Positions 51,973 through 59,808 of a stretch of DNA of 59,808 nt are shown here, one piece after another. Where the stretch lies: assembly GCA_036004805.1 (NCBI GenBank), contig DASYRB010000022.1, positions 1 through 59,808 on the forward strand, in the 5' to 3' direction. This DNA comes from Candidatus Norongarragalinales archaeon (GTDB lineage: Archaea > Micrarchaeota > Micrarchaeia > Norongarragalinales > DASYRB01). Made by a program: the position numbers and the translations under genes. Numbering within the stretch: the first letter of the stretch is position 1; each line of letters opens with the position of its first letter. The notes below the pieces were generated by a model that did no database searches, was not told where the DNA came from, and saw only the letters and a program-made list of their open reading frames with translations.

Positions 51973-52923
51973 TCAAGAGGGCGGTACGAAGTCGCGCCTG
52001 CTCGCGTTCTGGAACAAGTCGAGCATGTCGAGCTTCATCAAGAAATTAGTGGTCACTGACTGGTTGAACGTCATTTTCGTTCCGGCATCCATGTCTGCGG
52101 TGCAGTCCGACTCTTCATCGTCGTCACCGCCGCCTCCGGGCTGTTTTTGCCTTATCGTCACGATGTCGCGCGCCTGTCCAGTGTTGTCGCCGAGAATGAT
52201 CTTTATCCAGCAAGGGCTGCCCTTGATCTCGATTTTCGACTTCTTGTCGTAAGGAAACTGCGTATAGCTGCAGATCGGGCCCGGGCAAGAGTAAACGGAA
52301 TTGTTGCCGTCTCTAACGTAAAGCGTGAAGTTGATGCAGGTAGAGCCGGGGCACTGGTTCTTCATCGCGTCAGGCGACCAGTCGTAATCATTCTGATGCG
52401 CCAAGTCGGGCGGATAGTCGAACGTAAAGTTCGTCAGGTTGTAACTCAAGTCGAGCTGCGTCAAAGCCGTACAGTTCGCGGCTGGGCAAGAAATGATCAA
52501 CGAGCGCTTGCCCCAATCGGTCCACGTGTAATTGAAACCCACCGACTGTATCAATATTTTCGAGATGACGTCTTCGAGATTGATCGGCCTGTCCGCCGCG
52601 TCGAGCCAAGAAACGTTCAGCTCTCGCGCCGTGCGGTTGCCGACAAAACGCGAATAAGCCTTCAGGAAGTCCTGCACGTCAATCACTGCCGGCAAGTGGT
52701 CCTGAATCTCGAGCGTATTATTGTACTGCAGAAGCGTCACGTTCGCAAAACGCTGCACGTCTTCCGCGACGTCCCACCAAGCATAATTCAACTTGCGACC
52801 CGTAGCGAGTCGTTCCAACGCGTCCTCGCGAGACATTGAAGAAGCCGCGACCGCCCACCAGCTCAACAAGATGCTGAACAACAGCAAAGCCGCAAGAGTG
52901 AAAAAAACGCCTCTGCGCTTCAT
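51973..52923 (-). CDS. large pilin-like protein (class III signal peptide)
   Basis: MKRRGVFFTLAALLLFSILL. ATG 52923 forms an ATGA overlap with the upstream stop. Confidence 0.55.
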   Translation of the reverse strand: MKRRGVFFTLAALLLFSILLSWWAVAASSMSREDALERLATGRKLNYAWWDVAEDVQRFANVTLLQYNNTLEIQDHLPAVIDVQDFLKAYSRFVGNRTARELNVSWLDAADRPINLEDVISKILIQSVGFNYTWTDWGKRSLIISCPAANCTALTQLDLSYNLTNFTFDYPPDLAHQNDYDWSPDAMKNQCPGSTCINFTLYVRDGNNSVYSCPGPICSYTQFPYDKKSKIEIKGSPCWIKIILGDNTGQARDIVTIRQKQPGGGGDDDEESDCTADMDAGTKMTFNQSVTTNFLMKLDMLDLFQNASRRDFVPPS

Positions 52924-53357
52924 GGACGCCAAACCTCCAAGTCAATCACGCCAAAACGATTACCGCCCGGATCAGCAAAAAAACGACGCGCCCTCGCCTT
53001 CGAGCCCGTGCCACCAACGTTCGCGCGCGTCGAGTTGCCCGCCGTGAACACGAGCGAGTGCGTCTGGCTGTTCTTGCTCCAGCTATAGACCGAAAGCGAA
53101 AAATTGCCAGCAGTGCCGTTCGGCAGCGTCGCGAAAAGGAACGCGGAAAAAGTCGAGTTCGCAGCGCTCGCGTTAGCGACAAGCAAGCCACGCAGCAATC
53201 CCTCCTGATCCGCCACGTTCAACTCGCCCTCAGCAACGCCACGCAGCGCCAACGAGTTATCGACCGGCAGCTGCACTTGCGAAATCACGGCCAGCGCCGC
53301 GGTCGCCACCAGCACCGAAACCAGCGCGTCAGTAGTGAAAACAAAACCACGACTCAT
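52920..53357 (-). CDS. minor pilin-like protein
   Basis: MSRGFVFTTDALVSVLVATAALAVI. ATGA overlap at 53354-53357. Confidence 0.55.
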   Translation of the reverse strand: MSRGFVFTTDALVSVLVATAALAVISQVQLPVDNSLALRGVAEGELNVADQEGLLRGLLVANASAANSTFSAFLFATLPNGTAGNFSLSVYSWSKNSQTHSLVFTAGNSTRANVGGTGSKARARRFFADPGGNRFGVIDLEVWRP

Positions 53358-53839
53358 TTCCAAACCTCCACCAACATGCTCGTCCTATTGTTTTTGTACA
53401 AAACCAGCTCTCTCCAAACCGCGCGTACCGAAGCATTGCCAGCCGCGGAAGGGCCGAGCGAAGCGTTCGTGCCATTGCCAGCGACCGCCATGGTGCCGTT
53501 GAGATAACGCATCTCGAAATGAAGATTGAAATCCCTCGCGCCCAACAAACGCGCCACCGACTCGTTCGACGTGTTCAACAAACGCAACAACAACGACTCC
53601 TGAACCACTCGCGGAGGACCCGCAATGCCTAACTGTTGAACGTTGGACGCGCTCCAATTCAAAGGCGCGCCATCCTGCGACAACAACAAGAAAGAAGCCC
53701 GCTGCGCCGCCAGGAAAGCCTTGTCGAAATCACTCGAAGACCTCGCGCCCTCTAACGCGCTCTGAAAACTCGCAACAACCACCAGAAAAACAATGCCCGC
53801 CGCCAACACGTCCAACGAAGCGACCTGACCCCTGCTCAT
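53354..53839 (-). CDS. minor pilin-like protein
   Basis: MSRGQVASLDVLAAGIVFLVVVASF. ATGA overlap at 53836-53839. Confidence 0.55.
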   Translation of the reverse strand: MSRGQVASLDVLAAGIVFLVVVASFQSALEGARSSSDFDKAFLAAQRASFLLLSQDGAPLNWSASNVQQLGIAGPPRVVQESLLLRLLNTSNESVARLLGARDFNLHFEMRYLNGTMAVAGNGTNASLGPSAAGNASVRAVWRELVLYKNNRTSMLVEVWK

Positions 53840-54252
53840 GCTCTCCTCACCACCACGGTACGGTTCTGATTCAACACCTCATAACGAAAACCGGGAGAAA
53901 GCGCAAAAGTCACGTTCGCGCCCGAACCATTCACCACGCGCGGAGCGGTATAAACAGCCAACGCGTCACCACCCGTCCAGTTCACCTTCACGCTGCCATT
54001 AATCACGAACAACGAATAATTACCGACCGAGGAAAGCGTAGCTGGCAGCGTAAAAACACTCCTCGCGCCCTCACAACAAGAACCCGCACTAATCGCCTCA
54101 GCAACAACCCCGGCCAACGCTCCCGCCTGCGCGCCGCCATTCTCGTTACCCAAGCCCGCCTGCAAGTTGTTCGCATAAACAATCAATCCGGAAAAGAAAA
54201 TAATCATCACTCCCCAAACCGCGACGAACTCGTAACTCAACTGCCCACGCAT
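53836..54252 (-). CDS. minor pilin-like protein
   Basis: MRGQLSYEFVAVWGVMIIFFSGLIVY. Confidence 0.55.
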   Translation of the reverse strand: MRGQLSYEFVAVWGVMIIFFSGLIVYANNLQAGLGNENGGAQAGALAGVVAEAISAGSCCEGARSVFTLPATLSSVGNYSLFVINGSVKVNWTGGDALAVYTAPRVVNGSGANVTFALSPGFRYEVLNQNRTVVVRRA

Positions 54253-54258
54253 CTCAAA

Positions 54259-54687
54259 TCACGTCTGCGCAACCGTAACCGCGCCCGAACTGTTCATCGA
54301 AAAATTGAAAGAATGCGCACCAGGCGTCAAAGGCATCACTCCCGAAACGTTCACCTTGCTCGTCGCGTAAACCTCAGTGTTACCCGTCGGCAAGGACAAG
54401 CCCATCGCGAACTCTCTACCCTGAATGTGAGTAGCGCTCGAGTTCACGATAAAATCAGGAAAGAACACGCGCAACGACGTCACGCTGCCCTCGCCCGCGA
54501 CCGCCACGGAATCCGCAGCGGAAGCCATCTGCGTCAACGCTACGAGCGCCTGTTGCGAAGCCGCCTGCGACTGCATCTGCTGCAACGCGAAAAACAACAC
54601 GGGCGCAAGCACGACCAACACTAGCACGAGCACGCCCGCGTACTCCAAACCCACCTGACCCCTCGACTTCAAATTCAACACTTCCAC
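54259..54687 (-). CDS. minor pilin-like protein
   Basis: KSRGQVGLEYAGVLVLVLVVLAPVLFF. The start codon is uncertain (GTG 54687 or an internal TTG). Confidence 0.55.
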   Translation of the reverse strand: MEVLNLKSRGQVGLEYAGVLVLVLVVLAPVLFFALQQMQSQAASQQALVALTQMASAADSVAVAGEGSVTSLRVFFPDFIVNSSATHIQGREFAMGLSLPTGNTEVYATSKVNVSGVMPLTPGAHSFNFSMNSSGAVTVAQT

Positions 54688-54753
54688 GAGCTACACGAAC
54701 TCTTTCCATGCTTTTAAGACCATCAACAAACCAAACTTATTTCACAACAAAAA

Positions 54754-55917
54754 ATGGCGTCCAAGCTAGAACTCGACAACGGCACGTTCTTCGTGCGCGA
54801 CATCGTCGACATCCAAGCACTCGACAGAGGATTCTTCGGCAATTTTCCGCAAGCCAAAAAAGTCCTCATGCGGCTCGCGCCGGAAGAAGCGCTCTACCTC
54901 ATCGACGTACGCAACGCTACCTGCGAGACCAAAAACAAGACGCTCTCGTTCAACCAAGTCGCGCAAGGATTCGCCCGCGCCAAGAAATTCCTCGCTCGCT
55001 ATTTCTGCTACAAAGACTGGCGCGACCGCGGACTCATCGCACGCTCCATCACGGAAGCGAGTGGCAATTACGGCGCCAGCCCACTCGTGAAATATCCATC
55101 ACACGCCTACGAAGCGCCGCGCGTCAAAGCACACGCGTTATGGTTCACGGACGACCTGTTCAGCGTGATCGACGACGAACAACAAGGACGCGCATTGTAC
55201 GACGAAGAGTGGTTCGGACAATACGGCACTTACAAAGCCAAAAAGCACGGCAGGTTCACGAAACTCGACGCGTACGAAACCATCTTCCTCGCCAAACACG
55301 GCGGCATGAAAACAAGCACGCCCATCGCTGCCATCGAGAAGGAAGCGCGAAAGCGACGCAAAGACTTCACGTCGCTCTACGCGGTCTACGAAGACTGGCG
55401 AATGCGCGGCTACGTGCCAAAAACCGGATTCAAGTTCGGCACGCACTTCCGCCTGTATTTCCCAGGCGCGAAACCCGGAGGAGAAACTGACGACTGGGCA
55501 CACAGCAAACACGTGATTCACGTCTTTCCACGCGAAGAAAGGCTGCTCATTAGTGAGTGGGCGCGTGCGATTCGTGTTGCGCACAGCGTAAAGAAAACAT
55601 TCATCCTCGCAATTCCGGGACAAAAGAAAGCGAGCGACAAGGCCGAACTAGACTTCCTGTTATTCCACCGCGAAGGCGACCGCGCAGAAAACCCGAAGAA
55701 CGATAAGCCGAAGTTCGCAATGCTCGCCCTCAGTGAAGAGGAAGAGATTGGCGGTGCAGAACTCGCGGCCGCGATCGAACAAGCACAATCACTCGGCCTA
55801 GACCTGATCCTGAGCATTTGTGACAGGGAAACCAGCGTTACGCACTACCGCGTCAAGCGCATCGAGCTGCCGGGCGCTGTTTTCAAGTATTACGAGATCG
55901 AATGGATTCAGCCCTAG
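54754..55917 (+). CDS. endA: tRNA-splicing endonuclease, long three-unit form
   Basis: One complete catalytic unit (YEDWRMRGYVPKTGFKFGTHFRLYFPG, HSKHVIHV, AHSVKKTFILAI) is preceded by a degenerate unit (YKDWRDRGLIARS). An extra C-terminal unit follows (LILSICDRETSVTHYRVKRI). 387 aa. Confidence 0.8.
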   Translation: MASKLELDNGTFFVRDIVDIQALDRGFFGNFPQAKKVLMRLAPEEALYLIDVRNATCETKNKTLSFNQVAQGFARAKKFLARYFCYKDWRDRGLIARSITEASGNYGASPLVKYPSHAYEAPRVKAHALWFTDDLFSVIDDEQQGRALYDEEWFGQYGTYKAKKHGRFTKLDAYETIFLAKHGGMKTSTPIAAIEKEARKRRKDFTSLYAVYEDWRMRGYVPKTGFKFGTHFRLYFPGAKPGGETDDWAHSKHVIHVFPREERLLISEWARAIRVAHSVKKTFILAIPGQKKASDKAELDFLLFHREGDRAENPKNDKPKFAMLALSEEEEIGGAELAAAIEQAQSLGLDLILSICDRETSVTHYRVKRIELPGAVFKYYEIEWIQP

Positions 55918-56557
55918 CGCTTTTTCTTTCAAGTTTTCGCCGCAAGCTCTTCACCATGTGCTCGTCGAAATGATTTGTAAACGCGACGAGGTGTTCGGGC
56001 ACTCCCAGCATCCATTTTCTGCCCTCGGGGCTCTTGTCGATCACGAAATGATTCTTCAACGCCGGCTCTAGAATTTTTACGTGAACGTCACTCATCACTG
56101 TTACAGGCAAGTCTTGGTTGATCATTTTCTTCGCCATCAGCATTCCGTTAAAACGACTCCAAGCGTGAACGTGACCGTAAGCTTTCTTCACCGCCGCTTC
56201 GTAGAGCTCGCTCAAGGGAGCCGGCAGATGCATGCTTTGCACTTCCTGCAAGCCCCTCAAAGCACCAGTGGCGCGCTCGACCGCCACGCTACGCTTTTCA
56301 GAATCAAGCGGCACTACCTCCAGTCCTTTCGCGTGAGCGTTCAACGCAAGCGCCTTCACCAAGTCAAGACCCACGGTCGCGTCCTTGTTCGAAACCAGCC
56401 GTTCGAACTCGCTGCGAGACACTGCAAAACCTATACGCGTACCCTTGGGCAGAGAAGACAACAAACCAGAAACGCGCCTGAACTCGCGCATCGTCTCTTC
56501 AGGAGACAACGCAAAAACACCCACCAAACGCGGCTTCTCAACACTCATCAATTTCAA
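55883..56557 (-). CDS. hypothetical protein
   Basis: ORF only. It is convergent with endA and overlaps it by 35 nt. Confidence 0.4.
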   Translation of the reverse strand: MKLMSVEKPRLVGVFALSPEETMREFRRVSGLLSSLPKGTRIGFAVSRSEFERLVSNKDATVGLDLVKALALNAHAKGLEVVPLDSEKRSVAVERATGALRGLQEVQSMHLPAPLSELYEAAVKKAYGHVHAWSRFNGMLMAKKMINQDLPVTVMSDVHVKILEPALKNHFVIDKSPEGRKWMLGVPEHLVAFTNHFDEHMVKSLRRKLERKSARAESIRSRNT

Positions 56558-56720
56558 CTCTAGCCCAGAGGATTAAAAGACCCCCTCGCCCCAAAGAATT
56601 ACAACAATGTCTTGCAGCTCGCGCAACGGACCACGCCGATAACTTTTCTACTTCTTAACTAGTTGCAAGACTCCCTTTCGAAAAAATTCATGAAAAACCA
56701 GCTTGTGGTGAATCCATCCA

Positions 56721-57659
56721 ATGAAAAATATTAAACAAATCAAAATCGGCCACGACACCTCCTGCAATGCGTTAGTCGAACAATTCGCAGGCACGGGAGT
56801 CCTTGGCGGCGGCAAACTCGCTCACGCAGTAGAAATCATGCACGAGATCCTCGAACCCAAGAACGAGTATTACAAAATACTCTCCTGGGAAGGACCACTC
56901 GTCGCCGCAGGTTTTCGTGAAGTGTTTACGGACGCGATACGCGAAGGACACGTCGACATGATCATCACTAATGGCGCCAGCGCCGTACACGACGTCATCG
57001 AATCACTCGGCCTGCAACACATCCAAGGAGACTTCCACCCAGCAGGCGGCGATGAAGAACTCCACAGGCAAGGATTCGGCAGAATGGGCAACGCGCTCGT
57101 CCCGATCAAGGCGTTCGCGAGTTTCGAAGACTTCTGCCAAGCCGCGTTCAAAGAAATCTTTGCGAAACGCGACTCCATCACAATACGCGAACTCTTCTGG
57201 GAGCTCGGCGCGCGCGTGAAAGACGAAAAATCTATTTTGCATCAAGCGTTCCGCAAAAAAATCCCGATCTACTCGCCAGGCTTTCACGACTCGATGCTGG
57301 GATTGCAGCTCGCTTTCTTCAAACAAGACAACCCGCGAATCACCGTCGACGCGATTGGCGACATGATCCCGATGAAGGCAGACATCAACGCTGCGAAACG
57401 CGTAGGCGCGATAATCATTGGTGGCGGAATTCCCAAACACTACACACTCGCCAGTACGGTGCTTCGCAATGGCATCGATGCGGCAGTAAACTTTACTAGC
57501 TCGCCGGAATGGGATGGCACCGTGAGCAGTGCTTCTCTCGAGGAAGGCAAGAGTTGGGGTAAAGCGAAGGAAAACGCGAAACTCGCAACCGTCCGAGGCG
57601 ATCCCTTCGTTTCGTTCGCGCTAGCATGGGCCGCGGTCCTCGAGCGCCTCAAGAAATGA
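56721..57659 (+). CDS. dys: deoxyhypusine synthase
   Basis: IITNGASAVHD and IIIGGGIPKHY motifs, 312 aa. Confidence 0.8.
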   Translation: MKNIKQIKIGHDTSCNALVEQFAGTGVLGGGKLAHAVEIMHEILEPKNEYYKILSWEGPLVAAGFREVFTDAIREGHVDMIITNGASAVHDVIESLGLQHIQGDFHPAGGDEELHRQGFGRMGNALVPIKAFASFEDFCQAAFKEIFAKRDSITIRELFWELGARVKDEKSILHQAFRKKIPIYSPGFHDSMLGLQLAFFKQDNPRITVDAIGDMIPMKADINAAKRVGAIIIGGGIPKHYTLASTVLRNGIDAAVNFTSSPEWDGTVSSASLEEGKSWGKAKENAKLATVRGDPFVSFALAWAAVLERLKK

Positions 57660-58606
57660 TTCCAGTAATCGCCACCTACGTTTTGTCGCTCCTTTCAGGA
57701 GCAGGGGCGAAGCTCACTGACGCGATAGTCGATGAAGGCATCAAGATCAAGAAAGATAAGCTCGTCGGCATCGCTTACGGTCTCCTCGGAGCGATAGTCG
57801 CGCTGCAAGGCGAACCGTTCGCCACCGTATCGATCGCAGTCGCGGTTTCCCTCTTGCTGATTGGAAAGATCGATGCGCCGGCACACCAGCTCGCGGTCGC
57901 TGCGATGTTTACGCTTCTCGCGATCGCTGGTTTTCCACAGGTCAATGTCGCAATATTCGCTTTACTGATTGCCGCTAGCGTTTTCGACGAGCTCGCAAAC
58001 GATTATTCAGATAGAAATAAGGAAAAACTGCCAAAACTCTTGCGCACTTTTCTCGAGTGGCGCTTGACTCTTGAAATCACAGCATTCGCAGCGTCTCTCT
58101 ACACTGGCGTTTGGGAATACTTCTTCACCATCCTCTCGTTCGACCTCGGATACCACGCAGTCTCCCTCTGGGCGAAGAAGCAAACCGTGCAGGAAATCGA
58201 AGGACAACACCTCGTCCTGGACTTGTTCAACGCGTCTCACACGAAGCTCGACGACGAGAAAACCGTGCGAAGGTTTCTCGCAGAACTTCCAGACGCGTTG
58301 AAAATGCAGAAAATCTCGAAAGTCATCGTGCAGCACTTCAAGAGCGACAAAGACTATGGAGTGAGCGGATTCGTCCTTATTGCGGAAAGCCACATCAGCG
58401 TCCACACTTTTCCATCGCGCAGACTTGCACAGATTGACATTTTCAGCTGCAAGCCATTCAACACTCGCAAAGTCGAACAACTCGCAATGAACGCGTTCAG
58501 AGCGAAAAACAAACGCGTGCGCGTGCTGTCGCGTGGAACGGAGTGGCCTCACGACGTGGAAAACGCGAAAAAGTTAGCGTTGAAGCAGCGCGCTTCGATT
58601 GGTTAA
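57656..58606 (+). CDS. speH: membrane domain fused to (or overlapping) pyruvoyl-dependent S-adenosylmethionine decarboxylase proenzyme
   Basis: The C-terminal 130 aa contain GVSGFVLIAESHISVHTFP..DIFSCKPF (ES|H self-cleavage site). The N-terminal 175 aa form 5-6 TM helices. One continuous ORF. An internal GTG at 58187 could start a stand-alone enzyme. Confidence 0.65.
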   Translation: MIPVIATYVLSLLSGAGAKLTDAIVDEGIKIKKDKLVGIAYGLLGAIVALQGEPFATVSIAVAVSLLLIGKIDAPAHQLAVAAMFTLLAIAGFPQVNVAIFALLIAASVFDELANDYSDRNKEKLPKLLRTFLEWRLTLEITAFAASLYTGVWEYFFTILSFDLGYHAVSLWAKKQTVQEIEGQHLVLDLFNASHTKLDDEKTVRRFLAELPDALKMQKISKVIVQHFKSDKDYGVSGFVLIAESHISVHTFPSRRLAQIDIFSCKPFNTRKVEQLAMNAFRAKNKRVRVLSRGTEWPHDVENAKKLALKQRASIG

Positions 58607-59175
58607 TGCGCGTGTTCTCCACGTTTGAGTTTGACTTTATTCAAAAAGTCTATAGCGCTGCGCATCATCCCTCTAGTCATCATCGACGGTACTTCTCCAT
58701 ACCCCGGCGACTCGATATCGCGCTGTCTTTCTTTCTTCAATGCTTGTTCGAGATTTGCAATCGCTCGCGGGTCCTTCATTACTAGCAGTGCAAGCGCGGA
58801 TCGTTCACGAACTTTCCAGCTTGAATGGTTCAAGCCGAGCGAAACAGTAACCATTTCCTCTACGCTTGGCGAGACGCCCGTTCGGCCCAGTAAACGTCCT
58901 AAATTGTCTAGGGTGAGTTCTTGCAAATGGCGCTCGCTGTAGTTTTCAGCGTCCTTGCGGTATAGTCCGTATTGAATTATCAGAGGAACGTGCTTTCTAA
59001 TAATCTCAGGGCTAAGTCGGTCCGATCTCGCGAAGAGTTCAAGCGCTTCTATTCGAATCTCTGGGTACGGATGTTTGATTGCGAGAATGATTTTCTCCGG
59101 GTCCTTCATTTTTTGAAGATGCGAACGCAGCACGTTGTGATCTGCAGAGCGCATGAATCGCTCGAGCTTGCTCAT
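58603..59175 (-). CDS. MSKLERF-family helical repeat protein, copy 6
   Basis: MSKLERFMRSADHNVLRSHLQKMKDPEKIILAIKHPYPEIRIEALELF. Confidence 0.6.
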   Translation of the reverse strand: MSKLERFMRSADHNVLRSHLQKMKDPEKIILAIKHPYPEIRIEALELFARSDRLSPEIIRKHVPLIIQYGLYRKDAENYSERHLQELTLDNLGRLLGRTGVSPSVEEMVTVSLGLNHSSWKVRERSALALLVMKDPRAIANLEQALKKERQRDIESPGYGEVPSMMTRGMMRSAIDFLNKVKLKRGEHAH

Positions 59176-59219
59176 CAGAATAGGGAATAAGAGCTACCTC
59201 CACAAAAACCCTTCCAATA

Positions 59220-59808
59220 ATGACTCATTGGGCAGACCAGCTGGCTGAAGAGATTATCGTGCGTTCGATGAAGGAAAAGCGAGCGCGAGCCACGATACGC
59301 TGCGGACAAACGCCCAGCGGCGGCAAACACATCGGCAACCTCAACGACGTCATCCGTGCATACTTCCCGTACAAAGCTGTGCTGGAGAAGGGTTACAAGG
59401 CGCGATTCGTGCACACCACGGACGACCGCGACCCTTTCGGCAAAGAAATCCCCCTGAAACTGATGGATCTGGATGGCGTTTGGCATCCTCGCGAAGAATT
59501 CCCCGACTTCGCGAAATACAGCGGCATGCCACTCATACGCGTGCCGGATCCGTTCGGCTGCTGTTCTTCATGGGCAGAACACTTCACCGAAATCTGGATG
59601 CGCGGCTTGCAAGACCTCGGACTCTTTCCAGAGCTCTACAGCAACGACCAGCTCTACCGCGATGGAAAATTCGACCCATACATCGAGCTCGTTTTCAAGA
59701 ACATCGAGAAAGTCGGCAAAATATCGGCACAATTCCAAGCAACCAAGACCGAAGCACACATCCCGTTCGACGCGATCTGTCCCAACTGCGGACGCTTGAC
59801 GAACATTC
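59220..59808 (+). CDS. lysK: class I lysyl-tRNA synthetase, N-terminal part (3' end cut by window edge)
   Basis: My translation is MTHWADQLAEEIIVRS..CGQTPSGGKHIGNLNDVIRAY..FVHTTDDRDPF. The frame is open to the window end, so it is absent from the ORF track. Confidence 0.75.
   Translation, partial: MTHWADQLAEEIIVRSMKEKRARATIRCGQTPSGGKHIGNLNDVIRAYFPYKAVLEKGYKARFVHTTDDRDPFGKEIPLKLMDLDGVWHPREEFPDFAKYSGMPLIRVPDPFGCCSSWAEHFTEIWMRGLQDLGLFPELYSNDQLYRDGKFDPYIELVFKNIEKVGKISAQFQATKTEAHIPFDAICPNCGRLTNI

Noticed and set aside
1-59808. CRISPR arrays, transposases or IS elements, integrases and rRNA genes.
   Set aside because: - No regularly spaced direct repeats and no such coding motifs were seen on either strand.
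- The only repeats found are gene-family paralogs (pilins and the MSKLERF family).

Overview
The window is a gene-dense archaeal chromosomal segment with about 85 genes and no rRNA, CRISPR array or transposase. Archaeal origin is supported by r-proteins L7Ae, S28e, L24e, S15, S3Ae, S8e and S6e. TFB, aIF5B, Gar1, Cgi121, class I LysRS, class III signal-peptide pilins and a tRNA-splicing endonuclease support it too. The small paralog families and extended r-proteins suggest a DPANN-like lineage, but that is inference only.

Main blocks:
- A bacterial-type MEP isoprenoid cluster, ispG-ispD-ispF-ispH (1-2850).
- Translation genes (5087-12234, 31972-34874).
- Repeated copies of a roughly 180-aa helical-repeat family that starts MSKLERF (12276-13899, 30605-31445, 58603-59175).
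- Large secreted or anchored surface proteins (2861-5005, 15523-17085, 26283-30516).
- A redox and oxidative-stress island (35749-40297).
- An 11-gene archaeal type IV pilus locus (46778-54687).
- Deoxyhypusine synthase next to an AdoMet decarboxylase (56721-58606).

The most interesting signal is an RNA-splicing theme. The RNase HII gene is interrupted inside its catalytic DEAGRG motif by a 33-nt element that carries an in-frame TGA. This element folds into a near-canonical bulge-helix-bulge motif, and canonical cleavage would restore the motif exactly, so it is a candidate mRNA intron. About 1 kb upstream on the same strand lie a free-standing LAGLIDADG-wHTH ORF and a tRNA-Trp with a 125-nt intron. 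That intron contains a box C/D guide aimed at the tRNA's own C34. A 387-aa three-unit-type splicing endonuclease is encoded at 54754-55917.

Other notable items are a Whirly-like protein, two small 6-Cys membrane-anchored peptides, an extremely Tyr-rich surface-protein domain and a candidate box C/D sRNA.
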